A stretch of DNA of 64,000 bases, from positions 74,898,001 to 74,962,000 of the forward strand of contig NC_045697.1 of NCBI RefSeq assembly GCF_009834535.1, written 5' to 3'. The notes under the pieces were generated by a model, which made no database searches, was not told the origin of the DNA, and saw only the letters and a program-made list of their open reading frames with translations. Position numbers and translations under genes: made by a program. Below, in pieces: positions 38,446 through 50,727 of this stretch; positions within the stretch are counted from its first letter, which is position 1; every line of letters begins with the position of its first letter. The DNA comes from Camelus ferus (Eukaryota).

Positions 38446-41400
38446 TATCTATAAATGCATAAAAATGGTTTTCCAATATTTCCTTTGAAGTCTGTGGTAT
38501 TGGGGAAAGGTGAATCTCTATTTCATATGTTTTATATGTATATAATTTTATAATCATCACATATTACTTGTTATAACTTTTGAATTAAAGGCAAAGAAAT
38601 GAGCAAGCTATGCATATGTTTGCTTGGAGAATATATATTTATCTTTTGGTAATAGGAATTTTCTGCAGTTTTGTGCTTTGACCAAATTAGTCTCCATTTT
38701 CCTGGAGGGCAGAAGGCTGGCTAAACCTTGTCCTCAGGTGATGCAGATGGGATCAGAGGGTCGGATGCTACAAGTCAGTATAGTTCTTCAGAGGGTGCTG
38801 CCTCTAGCAAGGCAGGGGCCGCTGCCCCCACTCACTTTGGAGTACATTTTTGCTGCATCTCACCATGACTTTGCAGTTTTAACTGGAAGAATGGCTCTAT
38901 CCTTGTATACATATGGGCATACAGAGTTTTAACACCTGAAGAGCTCTGAGGTTAATGATTTTCAGACCTAAAGTGAGCCAGATTAGGCTTGGGACCTAGA
39001 CCCATTATGGGGAAAGTTGCCATGGAAAGAAACCTCCTTGAAAATACCAGGTTGTGGGAAAGCCTCTTTGGAACAAGGTGGGAAAAATTCCCTTTGATTT
39101 AATGCTGACATGCTGCTGAGCCACAGAGGTAGAAACCTAGATTTACTTTGTACGTAATTTGATGATTTGATATCTAAATCATTTTATTATTTGCATACAT
39201 TACATCATAAATAATCCGTGTATGTTGTATATCTACTGGTTGAAAGTGCTTCTTTTCCATCAGGCAAATGAAAAGATGAATTGTTAGGAAGGTAATTAGG
39301 TAAGAGGTAAGCTGGATCACTCGTTGTGTTTACATTGCTTTTGTTAATCTATTTGTGGAACATTATTTCCTCTTTCTTAGGAGTCTTTTGTTTTTCCCAA
39401 TTGAATTCTGAAAGTGTGAAGAGTTGCATAGCCATGTGTACTTACTGGGCATGCCCAAGACATGAAATTCTTGTGGCAAGAAGTTTGACAGCTTGATTTA
39501 GCAAATGATGATTGCAATGTGACTGCAATTGATCAAAGAATTTGATGATGATTATATGGTTTTAACCCTACAGTGAAAGAGTGACCTGAGTTCTGAAGAT
39601 GCATGTGTCTAATCGTGTTTACCTGCTGCTTACCCATTAGGTAGCACAGTTTATGTCATTTGGTCTTCAATGGAAGCTGTGGGTCCACAGATTAATACTG
39701 CTGTAAATTCCAGTGAGGAAGGAAAGAAAGCTTGTTTCTTGACATTGCTTCTCTCGCACAATAATGAGGACTTGATTAGGCAGCCCAAAGAGGGAAGAAG
39801 AGTAGAACAGGTGACCTCTAGGAATTCAGAAGACTTTCATGTCTTCTGCATTCAAAATCTAGTTATCTTAAAGGACCTGGAAACAAATCACCCTCATTTC
39901 TAGGCCTAATTACATAAATGCATTAAATACTCCAAACTTTGCCTGAGAGTGGGAAATGCAATGTGCTCTGAATGAAGTGAAAACATTCTATTGCACTGGC
40001 GTTACATGTATTTTTAACTTTCTTGATCTGACTGAGGTTTATCTTGTTTGAACCAATAGTTGGCTGGACATGTCGGCTGAGAGAGGATTGAGTGGAAGTG
40101 GACAGGTAAAATAGTCTATTTTTAGTAATGAGAATTATCTTTGAAAACATAACATTTAAGTAAGTTTAATGTAATTATGCATTGATGGGCACCCCCTATG
40201 AATACCAATGATTAATTCTAATTAAAAGGATTTTTATCTTATATTTTAAGTGCCTCTATATTTTCATTAAGGCCTTAAGGATGGGTCCTAAAGGCTCTAT
40301 TTTTGACTGCATCTGAGCCATTCAGATATAATTTAAGGTTGTGAATTACTCATCAACAAAACCAAGTGAACAATTCTTATGTTTCTATGAAGGTTATATT
40401 GAACAGTTAGGATCGGTCTTTGCCAGTTCACAGGCTGGATTTTTATAACTGCCTCAGAACTTACTTATATATTTGTGAACTTGTAGGAAACTCACATTTT
40501 AAAGGCAAGTCCTGGCGTTTAAGTTAATCACTTGGTTTGATAATGCAAAACTGGTTTTCCTTTAAGGTGGCTTACTTGGTGTGTTTATTCTATTCTTATT
40601 TTTGATGGACCACGTAAAATGTAGCAGATTGTCATGAGCTCAAAAGGATGTGTTTTCTGTTGAATCACAGCTAGAGCGGAATTGGTTGAAATTTGAGCTC
40701 CTTCATTTGACCTTAATGTAACCCTGACCTGGGGGGACAGCAAGTCTCTAGGCGTGAAAGATAATTTAATTTCCATGCATGTCAAGTCCTCTGTTTCTTC
40801 TGTGTGGAGGCTGCAGAGAAGTGTCAAATTCTGCAGAATCAGGTGTTCTGTGTTGGAGATGTGGAATACATTCTCCAGGGGTTAGAGTTGAGACCACCAA
40901 GTAGACTTCATTTTAAGGCCTTAGGGGAGCCCTGAAACCATAGATTGTGAAGATGGAAAATATTTCTTTACCCTGTAAACTATTCATCTTCCATTTCACT
41001 TTTAATATGTGTACTTATGATAGCATCAACAAATAAAGTTCCAAAGGCCATGCTTAGAACATCTAAGTTTATTATTTTATACTTTTCCAGCTGAAAACAA
41101 TGGTTGAAAATTCCAGTGTGTCCAACAGTGGAATTTAAGTTTCTAATGTATTCCCTGTGTTTTTCATTCCCAAAGAATTGTAGCACACTGCTCACAAAGA
41201 TTAAATGTAGGAAACTCTGCAATATCTACAAGATAAGGCTAATTCCACTCAGCTACTTGAATTTCCTTCTTTTGCCACATATCTCTGGTTTGTGGAATAG
41301 TTTATTACCCTGTAAAGCAATGAAAATTTCCAGAAGGCCAAAGTTAGTGGCCTAACATGATTTAACACTTCTGTGATTCTGAAATCATAGTTACATAGTT

Positions 41401-41727
41401 CAGTACAAGGTGATCTCATCTCCATTTCATACTGCTAGCCTCTCCGTGGAACTCCAGGGTCATTATCCTACTGTAAGAACTCCTCCATTCTTGCAAGTAA
41501 ATTATAGTAGCAAAGGAGGAAATCGTTTTAGAATGGTCATTGGATGAGTCATGAGTGAGGAAAATGCAAAGAATAACTCCAGCTGAGAGACACTTTGTAA
41601 AGCTCCTACTGGCTTGGCCATGGTAGACTCCTTCCACAATGAAAACAAAAAAAAAATTTTTTTTTTTTAAGAAATCCAGAGAGTAAAATTATACACTTGA
41701 CTGTGGTAATAACTTACAAGAGGAGGC

Positions 41728-42090
41728 GTTTGCTGATCAGAGTACATGCTAAATGCTATGATAAACAACCTCTAAACCTAAGGAAGCCTAACACAGTAAG
41801 AGTATATTTTCTGCTTTTGTGGAAGTTCAGTACAGTTCAGAGAGACAGAGACTGCCCCACGTGGTGACTTGGGGATGTAGGCTCCTTCCATACTGTAGCT
41901 CTACATCTCTTGTATGAGGCTAGGAGTTTGCTTGATCTCCTCCATCTGCAGTCAAAGAGAAGAGAAGGCATAAAGAAGATACATTTGCCTTAATTGTGAG
42001 AAGAAGTGAAAAAAGAAAGTACAAGAAGTCTAGCAAATGAAGTGTAGATTTGTATGTAGGCAGGGGAAAGTATTGGTGGCATATACAAAT
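41728..42090 (-). mobile_element. MaLR LTR (MLT1J-like)
   Basis: atgctatgataaacaacctctaaacc...taacacagtaagagtatattttctgct...ggctccttccatactgtagctctacatct. Confidence 0.65.
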
Positions 42091-45000
42091 CTGTCACAGC
42101 TGGCATGTCATGGGAAGTAAAGAGTACTGGAAAATCTGAGCTGTTTCCTGCAGGTGTGGGATGGGATGGATGGTGCTGGGACAGTAAGTGGAAAATGATG
42201 TGTGTGTTTTATTTCCCTCCAAAACAAAAGGCAGTGTAGCAGGCTTTATCTCTGTGTTAATTTGGCCCTTTGGGGTGGCAACCATATTTCTGTGGCAATT
42301 CTTTCAAATTGTAGCAGGTATTTTCTGATAAGATTCAAATAAATTCCTTCCCACCTTAGTGATCTCTGGTTCAAAGTTGATGAAGACTGCCATCTGTTTG
42401 GTAAACTTATCCTTTCAAATATCCATAAAAGGTACTGACTTAATAAGACCAAGATCTGGAGATGGATGGAAACTAACCCCCCCCCCGTGCATATTATGGG
42501 TTGGTTGGCTAGAAGTAAGACATTTTGGTTCAACAGTCTTCTGAATGTACATATGTACAAATTAAGTCTGAGGTCCAACTGAAGCCCTTCCAGCAAAGAG
42601 TTCTTGAGGAGGACAAAGACATTTACTCAGGACTGTAAATTAAAAATAGCAACAGTCACTGGCCAGAAACGGCTGGATCCAGACCTGATCTTTAAAAGGA
42701 TTATGAAGCTGAAATGAGTGGGAATGTTATAATGTATTCTGCTTTCACATAAAAAATACTGACTTTCCCATCTCTACGTAGACAGTATCCTCTTCCTGAA
42801 TCTTACATCTGAAATTGCATAGATTTCTTCTCTCAGCATTTCATGATTTAATATACTTACAGAAAATTCTTAGTAATGCTCACCCAGTATCACTGGAGAA
42901 GTGTTTTAATTCTTTGCTTTCTGCTTGCTAAAAATCACTGGTGTTCAACCCTAGAAATCAAGAATTTGAATGATTCATTTGTAAGGTACTGGGGACATTA
43001 GAATCTGTTTAGAGGCACCAAAATGTTCGCTTATTTTAATTGCAGTTTTCAAACACCAAGAGTAAATGTTCTAAAGTTGTTGCTCTGGGAAAAATCACCT
43101 TCAGCACAAACTCTTATGCTTTTGAGAGCTAATCTGACTGCTATTTTTCCATCATAAACAATTGATTTAGCAAGCAGCTGTGTGTCTTCATGTGGTCACT
43201 AGCACATGGATTTTGGTAATTTACTTTTGCTTTTTGGAATATGCATTTACTTTTCTACATGTTGATATGTACCAGTATAAAATATTATGTTAAAAACACT
43301 TTTTAAAAAATGTATTACTTTTTAGCCATAGCATCCAAAGGGCCATATGTATTATAACTTGATGGGAAATGTTTTTTCAGTGATACAAAAATATGGAACC
43401 AAAGATACTTTTTAAAGTAATTAATAAAAAATATCAGAGCAGATTGAAGGTTATCTCTATAATAGTCATTTTCACTTCGTAGAACTAACTGTACAATATT
43501 CAGTTGGTGGGTGAAAAAGCGCTGCAGTTAAATTTGGCCCAGGGTAGAGAGCACATAATTTAGATACTGGCAGGTACATTTTTTACAGCTATGTAGACGT
43601 TTTGCCTTTTTAAGTAAGTGACAGTCATTGATCAAATAATTGTTACAACTTGGGATATAAAATTTAGTGGTGATAATTGTGTTCATGGTTTTTTTAACTT
43701 TACTTCTCCACAACTTTTTTTCACTTTTATTGGAGTGTAAGTGACTCATGTGAATATTTTTTATAATGTGTGTCATTTCAGAAAACAGATCTGGACCTGC
43801 TGTTGTAAAATATATGTTACATGTCTGGGAGGATGACTTCCAGAACTGGAGTTGGACTTTTAATGAGCAACACTCTTACTGTGCTTTCTTGATTTACAAT
43901 TAAATTGTATTTCTCAATTAAAAATCCACTTTATTTTCTTTATCCTTTTTTTGTTGTTGATGGTTGTAAACAAAGAGGTTTAAATTTGTATGGAAACTGA
44001 AACAGAAGAAGTATAAAAGACATTTTTGCCAAAGCACTTATTTTTGAAACATGTTAAAATTGTCTTTCCTTTTTTTAAAAAATTCTTAGAGGCCTACCTC
44101 TACATACATTTCTTTTTTTAAAAATTACATTTAACTGAATAAATGGAAAACATTTGTATTTAAAGTAAAAATGCAAAAGTTCAAAGCAAAAGACAATGAA
44201 AGTATTTACTATTTCAGAAGTTCCTTGTATCTAACCTATTTTAAGTCCCAATTTGAGTATTTTAAAATATAAAATTTATAAAGGCAAATTTTTCCAATAA
44301 GGTTAAAAATGTTATCATTTATGGAAGCTTATTTAGAAAAGCCAGAAACAAAAAAAAAATTTAAATGTATTTTTTAAAAATGTGATTTTGAAATAGTGTC
44401 TGCCCATTTTGGGTCAATTCCTCTAACATTAATAATTTAGTTACAAAAGGAAACAGATTTTTGTTTCTGGGATTTTTATATTTGTTTCAACAATCCTCTC
44501 AAATTACCATAATTTCATACCCTTTGTGAAATGCATCTATGTTGATTGTAAAATAGAAAACTGCTTAATTGCTGGGTGGCTGCATAGCAAATAGGTAAGT
44601 AATGCCCCCCATCCCATCTCCTACATGGATTTAAGGCTCCAGCTCCACATGGCATGAGGAATCATACAACATTTACATGCAATTAAATACACCTACGTGA
44701 ATATTATTTGGATGAGAATGTTTCTGTTATTTTCAGCCATGATAAAGCAAAGTCACTAAGATACCCAGAGTGGGGATATGTGCCAAGGAACACTGGGTTA
44801 TGAAAACTCTATATACGTTCATAGCAACCATTCTGGTTCCTACTATTGTTGCTCAGGACAGTAAAGACTTGGCTGCCAGAGCCCATTTTCTAAATGGGAA
44901 AATGGAACTTTGATTTACACAGTGTAACTTACTTGGTTTCAATGTTGTCTCTTGGTGTGCCTCCTGACGCTCTTCTGGCAGAGTTAACATTTCATTCCAG

Positions 45001-46369
45001 TTTTTCAGGCTTTCTTCATGAGGCCGATACCCTTGTAAAATCTGTGTGACTCACATTTCCTATTGTGAAAAGCACTCATCATCAAATCCTGTGAAGTGTT
45101 CATCCAAACACTTCCAATTTTACAGCCACCATCTAGAGGCCCAGAAGTGCAAGTTAATGCAATGCAGTGATTTTATTGGCCTCTCAACAGGCCTGAGGAT
45201 GAAGTAACTGTTTTGTGTTATTTGGAGGATGGAAATGAACGGCCTGTTGTCTCCGTGCTGCTGATTGAACTTAAAGTCCTTACAGCCATCCAGAAAGGCA
45301 TTCTATCATCTCTTGAGACTACATCAATATTTAAAGCAGGCATGCCTAAGTGAATCACTGTATTATCTAAAACTGCAGGAAAAAGTAATTGTGTTCCTTT
45401 GGCCTGTATACTTGAGCTATTTCCTTATTCTTTTACTGAATCATTCATAATTATAAGGGGTCATACTCTAGGTCTTCCTTAAATAGCATTTGTCATTTTC
45501 AAATGATTCACAGGTGTCTGCCTGCCTTGTGTGTTAGAATGTAAGATTGAATAGGCTTAAATTGAAACAGGCTATGTAGATAGTAAGAGCTTCTTGGTAT
45601 AGGTACTGTGAGATACTAGAAGTGATCTTGAGATACATGGAATTTCTTATTTTTGGTAAAAGATGAGGGTAATATTGGTGGCGGTGCTAAGGAATCGATG
45701 TCGAGAAGGAGAGGCAGTTGTCCAGATAAGGTAGTTGAGGTACCAGTTTTGCGTAGAACTAAAGAAATAGTGTTTTGACCTAGTTCTTTACTAGTCCTCC
45801 ACCTTTGGTGATAAGTCTTGCAAATGAGATTCAGATTTGATGAACTACCTCTTCCCCTGTAATTTCACCTCCTTGGAGAACTGGACAGTATCATATATCC
45901 CCAAAGAGCTGTTCTCTCCTTGGTTCTCTGGTAAGCTCTCACCCAGTTTGATTTAGGCCAGATGGATTCTTCGCTTAACCAGAGTTTTCTGAACATTAAC
46001 TGAATCAGATGCTTGCTATAATTCAGTGCTATGGAATATTCAAATTATATGCCACAGAATCGAGAACAGGGCGATCGTCTTGCCTCAGCAATATCATGTC
46101 TCCAGTGCCAAAATATAGAACTTACAAAAACAGAGGTAACTGCTGATTCTGAGTATTTTTCTATATTTTAAAAATATTAAATTTTGGCCTCGGGTGTGCC
46201 TCTTGAAGTGCCACTGAAATAAAATAAAGGCATATGTCTTTGCCAAGCAGGGTTTGGCATTTTTCTTCTGAAAATACTCAAAAGCACTTGGTTCTAATTG
46301 TATATATTCTGTTACATGCATATTTTTCCTTTATGCTCTATAAAAGAAGTCTAAAACTCTTGAATCATT

Positions 46370-46495
46370 TAATCAGATAGTTCAAAAGCATTTCTCAGCA
46401 GCTACCATGTGAATAATACTTGGATGTGCATAGGGAACAGTAGACACTGTTCCCGCTTTCCAGAGCCTTGTAATTTAAGGGAGGAGATAAAAAAA
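46370..46495 (-). mobile_element. L2 3' fragment
   Basis: ttcaaaagcatttctcagcagctaccatgtg...agacactgttcccgctttccagagccttgtaatttaaggggaggagataa. Confidence 0.5.
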
Positions 46496-46518
46496 AAAAG
46501 GAGAGTTATCACCCATCA

Positions 46519-46554
<36 letters not shown>
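46519..46554. repeat. Compound tetranucleotide STR (TCTG)5(TCTA)4
   Basis: Directly visible. Confidence 0.95.
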
Positions 46555-46555
<1 letters not shown>

Positions 46556-48099
46556 AGAACAAAAGAAATATGAGTGGGGTGGAGGGAGAGATGGAGGGAG
46601 AGTAGAAGGGAGGACAGTGAAAGAGAGACCTACAGTACAGCAATGTCACAAATATGTGGAGGGTTTAAAGATGGCGTTGGGAGGCGGGAGCTTGGTGAGG
46701 ATGCATTTGAATCTGTGCTGATTATAGATTCATAACTAGCTTTTGGACATGCTAGGGATCCTATGCTTGATTTCATAAGAATTTCTGCTTCCTGCAATTC
46801 CTTTGTGGATCCACAGATGATCCTGCTGAAAATGAGGTGCTTTTAGCACTTACAATGCACTCTCTTTCTGAAACAGGATCTTGAGCCTATTTTGAGCTTC
46901 CTCCCTGGAGCTGCCACCCCACTTTGTCATATGTTGTCATCTACTGACTCCCTAGTGAATGATTTATTTTGAAGTTTTTATTTTAATTTTCTCCTCTCAC
47001 CTTAGCTTTAGACTGATAGTCTTCCTCTCTTGACATCTGTTTTGCCTCACTAAGAAGAGTGTCCAAATATAACAGGTTACAGTGTTCCTTTGTAAAACAG
47101 CAGTGTGTAGATGTGTGACTATAATTCAGGAAGCTTGTTGGACGGTGCTAGGAACTTGCTGGGGGAAAATGCAGTACATCAAGGACCCTGAAAAGCAGAC
47201 AAATGCATGGTATGGCAGAAAAAGAAAATCCAGTATGTTTACCTCTCATTTCTCATTTCCCAGAAAACACCCCCTCCACCCCTCAGTTGTCTGACCCTCC
47301 CAACAGTGTGGAGAAGTTTCCTGAGTCCTCATTCTGTGTAAAGGGAGAAGCATCTCATGCAAACCATGACGGGCACATCCAGCAGAGATCAAAGTGCTTT
47401 CCCAGACATTTCATTAGTGACTCCTCTCTTGGCCAACAAAGCTACTCTTTAGCTAGCAGTGTCTCGTTTTTGTTTGGTGGTTGAGATTTACTTTTTTTTT
47501 TTTTAATGTGGCAGAGAAAAGTTTCATCACATTTTATGTGGAATAGTTTAATAGCTCTATTTATTTGTTTTTAACTATGGAGTTAATGTTGGATATGAGT
47601 TATAGCAGGCATGTACCAAAAAAGGTACTATCAAAATACTTGTAAGAAGCTTGGGCCCTTGAGTGATAGGCCATTTGAAGCATATGTTAGGAATATGCCA
47701 GCCCCACTGGTAAGAGTTGGGAATCATGAAAGAAACATTTAGGTAGTCTGGCCAAATATTTCTTTGGTAATCATTTTTTAGAACTAAATTCCTTGTAGGG
47801 GAATATTGAGAAGTTTCAGATAACGTTGGCATAATTAAAAACAAGTTAGGTATCATATAAAGCAACTTCTTGTATTGAAAGATGAGCCAGCATTTATATA
47901 TGTCCACATATTTATATTACTCAAATATTTAAATTTTTTCTTGATTATGAAGAGTAAGGTCATATATAATTTTGGTAATCATGGCCTTAACATTCTTGGT
48001 TTTAATTATTTGTGAGGCTCCCAAAAGTTATGGTGTATAGTCATCAGTGATTTTGCTGAGGTCTTCATTGAATTGTATGCTTAGACAGGCTTCATATGT

Positions 48100-48490
48100 A
48101 GGATAAAGACATTTGACTAGTGGATGAATCTAGCTGACCACCTAACTTCATTGCTTATGTTATTATATTTTCTCTATTCATCATTCTATATGAAATAGCC
48201 AAAGTGAATTGAAGTGAGAACAGTGTCATAGGTTTGTGGTGTAATTTTGAGTGTGTGTATGTGTATGTGTGTGTATAACCAGTCTCTGTGTATAAAACTG
48301 GCCTTGTAAACAAAGCCAATTACTAGTCCTCACAGTAGACAAGAAGAAAAGGGGTTAGGTCTAAGAAGGTGTTTCTTCTTAACCAGAAAATAGAAATATT
48401 GGATAAATTAAAAAATGGAATGTTAAATTTGGTAGTAGCCCTAGGCTATGCTATAAACAGTGAAACACACTTTATTTTATGGAAAAAATG
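48100..48490 (+). mobile_element. TcMar-Tigger DNA transposon remnant (Tigger12/13-like) with N-terminal transposase HTH
   Basis: From 48363 the frame reads KKVFLLNQKIEILDKLKNGMLNLVVALGYAINSET, resembling the CENP-B/pogo N-terminal helix-turn-helix pattern (K.L.L.EKI.ILD.L..G.S...VAR.Y.I..ST). Confidence 0.72.
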
Positions 48491-48868
48491 ATATGGTCAT
48501 ATTATATTTGTGAATTTAAAGAATTTTGAAAGCCTCAAAATGTATCCCTTTAATTTTTAATTGAGTATAAATTTAAATTGATCATTTAAAAAGACAGCCC
48601 AACTCTTCTGATTTTCAAGTTTAATAGGAATGCATTAACGTACCTACACCAGATGTCTCATCGGACATGTCTAGCCTATGCCTAGCATTGAAAATAGACC
48701 AATCAACCAACAAATAAATGAGCTGTGGTGGATTGCAAAAGTGATTACAAATAATCTTTCTCTAATCCAGACCCATTGTTAGTGCTTCCCACAGACTCCA
48801 GGCTGGTTTTGCAACTTACTTTGTCCAATAACTTTGCGATGTTAACAAACATGATGCAGGCAGGGGTT

Positions 48869-49943
48869 TGTTTACTTAAAGAAACATACAGGACATAAAA
48901 ATTGTGATTTTAAATTTTATTCAAGGACTTACTGAGGACTATAGCCTGGGAGAGAGCCACTTAGTTAGCTCTGATGAAACTGCTCCAAAGAGGTAGGGGA
49001 GAAGCCAGTTAGTATGTGATTTTTGGCTAGGGAATATGTGTAGTCAAACATACATCTTTGTAAAAGTGAGACAAGAGGGAAGGGGGCATGACACAACCAT
49101 TAAAAGAATGACACAGCTATTGAGGATAGACATAAACTGGTTAAAACCCGACTAGGCCCAAGGTGGCGGAAAATTCAACTTCCAGTCGACCTTGAATCTC
49201 ATTATACACTCACTGTAATGTATTAGCATGATAAAAGGCACTCCTACAAACATCATGACAGTTCCAAGGCGGGCTATAAAAGGTTAAAAAGTGGGCAGTG
49301 ACTCAGCTCTGGGAAATCCCTGCCCATTCCCCAAAGTAGTTGGAATAATCCTCCTTGTTAGCATATGGAATTACCTGGTACACAAAATCTAACCACCCCC
49401 ACATTTTCTGACAGTCTCACTTTCCTAGAGGACTCCATGCTCTGGGGCCCCCTCTCACCTTCTGAGACAGCCCACACTCCATCTGTGGAGTGTGTATCTC
49501 TGAATAAATCTACTTTCACTTTACTATGGCTCACTCCTGAATTCTTTCCTGTGTGAAGCCAAGGACCCTCACTTTGTGAGGTGCATTCCAGCGACTTGCC
49601 TGAGACCTGGGACATGACCATCCTCTTGTGCCCCATTTTCCTGCAACAAAATGTTACTGCTAATCACAAAGAAGAGATGCCTCAAGTTAATGATATTAGT
49701 GCTTTTCTATTGTATGGGAAGATGAAAGAAACTGGGGTTATTAAAATTCTCTCTGAGATATACATCTAAATATCTATGGGGCCTGCTGGTCCAAAGCACA
49801 GAGTGCCTCATCCTGTTATTATTTTAATTTCTTCTCAGAATGCGCTGCTGGTCAGCAACTGCAGCGGATTATGACTTAACCCTTGTGGAACTAGGTGGGG
49901 AGCAATTCTCTGTCTTAACAATCCTGATTTTTCTGTGTCCACA
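48869..49943 (-). mobile_element. ERV1-class MER41-like solo LTR, split by a younger LTR
   Basis: TG...CA termini with imperfect 4-bp flanks ggtt/tgtt. Both halves are homologous to 4186-4664 (actgctccaaagaggtagggga; ctcaagttaatgatattagtgcttttctattgtatggga). Confidence 0.75.
49067..49648 (+). mobile_element. Solo ERV LTR (probably ERV1 class), youngest member of the nest
   Basis: 582 bp, TGAGAC...GCAACA termini, flanks aaag/aaat. TATAAAA at 49275, AATAAA at 49503, U5-like ctcctgaattctttcctgtgtgaagccaaggaccc. Confidence 0.85.
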
Positions 49944-50333
49944 TGTTTGAAAAAGGCTTGCATGTTGAAACTTGCCCTCTCTTGCTACTCCAGAATTTTG
50001 TGACTCCCACCATATGAAGAAGCTAAGCCAGCTGGGTGATGAGAGACACATTTCCCAGTTGCCCCCGCTGTTCTAGGGGAAAAAAAAAAGTCATCTTTAG
50101 GTAACTTATCAGTTGTCCACAATTGCAGGAGTGATCCCAGCTGAGACAATTACAAGGACCATTCAGGTGAGCCCAGTCCAAACTGTCCACCTGTAGAATT
50201 TCAGATAAACAACTGTTATTGTTTTAAGCTGTTAAGTTTTGTGTTAGTCTGCTATTCAGCAATAAATAACTGATATGAGAATAGTAAACTAATTACATAA
50301 TTTTAAAAGCAGTGGTATGAATACTTTAAGGGA

Positions 50334-50674
50334 TGTCAGAAAACAAAATTCAGCTGAGTAAATTTAAAAATCAAATTGGCTTTAGTCAATAATTCATGCT
50401 TTGATTCATGATTCAATGACGGGCAGCATCCATCTAGCAACTGGAAGGGTGCTCTAAGGAGTGAGGAGTGGTGTCAAATGGAAGGCTTTTATAGAAGGGA
50501 GGGTGGGGCAAGGAAGCTATTTGCAAAAGAAAAGAAAGGGTTATTTTGGACCAGGACATCTTTTTGTGGCATCTGGGGAGGGAAAGGTAAAACTTTTATC
50601 ATGCACATTGCTTCTTCTTCTGTGGGGAAGGGTAGAGAGGGTCCACTCACAGAATACCTCACTGGTGCTGAACC
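50334..50674 (-). mobile_element. Truncated ERV1 MER4-group LTR (MER31/MER67-like)
   Basis: tgtcagaaaacaaaattcagctgagtaaattt...ttggcttta...gggcagcatc...ggcttttataga (reverse TATA). Broken off at L1 sequence. Confidence 0.55.
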
Positions 50675-50727
50675 AGAACTACGATATTTCCCAGCAATTC
50701 CACTACTGAGTATATATCTGAAAAAAA

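Larger units (their letters stand above)
48724..50275 (+). mobile_element. MaLR LTR (MLT1G/H-like), split by nested LTRs at 48869-49943
   Basis: Starts tgtggtggattgcaaaagtgattacaaat and resumes ...tgaaaaaggcttgcatgttgaaacttgccctct. Ends ttgttttaagctgttaagttttg...cagcaataaataactgata. Confidence 0.8.

Noticed and set aside
42246..42596. 116-aa minus-strand ORF
   Set aside because: No recognisable homology, and it spans a homopolymer C run; likely chance.
45243..45267. REST/RE1-like motif
   Set aside because: Only about 15/21 match, with mismatches in core positions.
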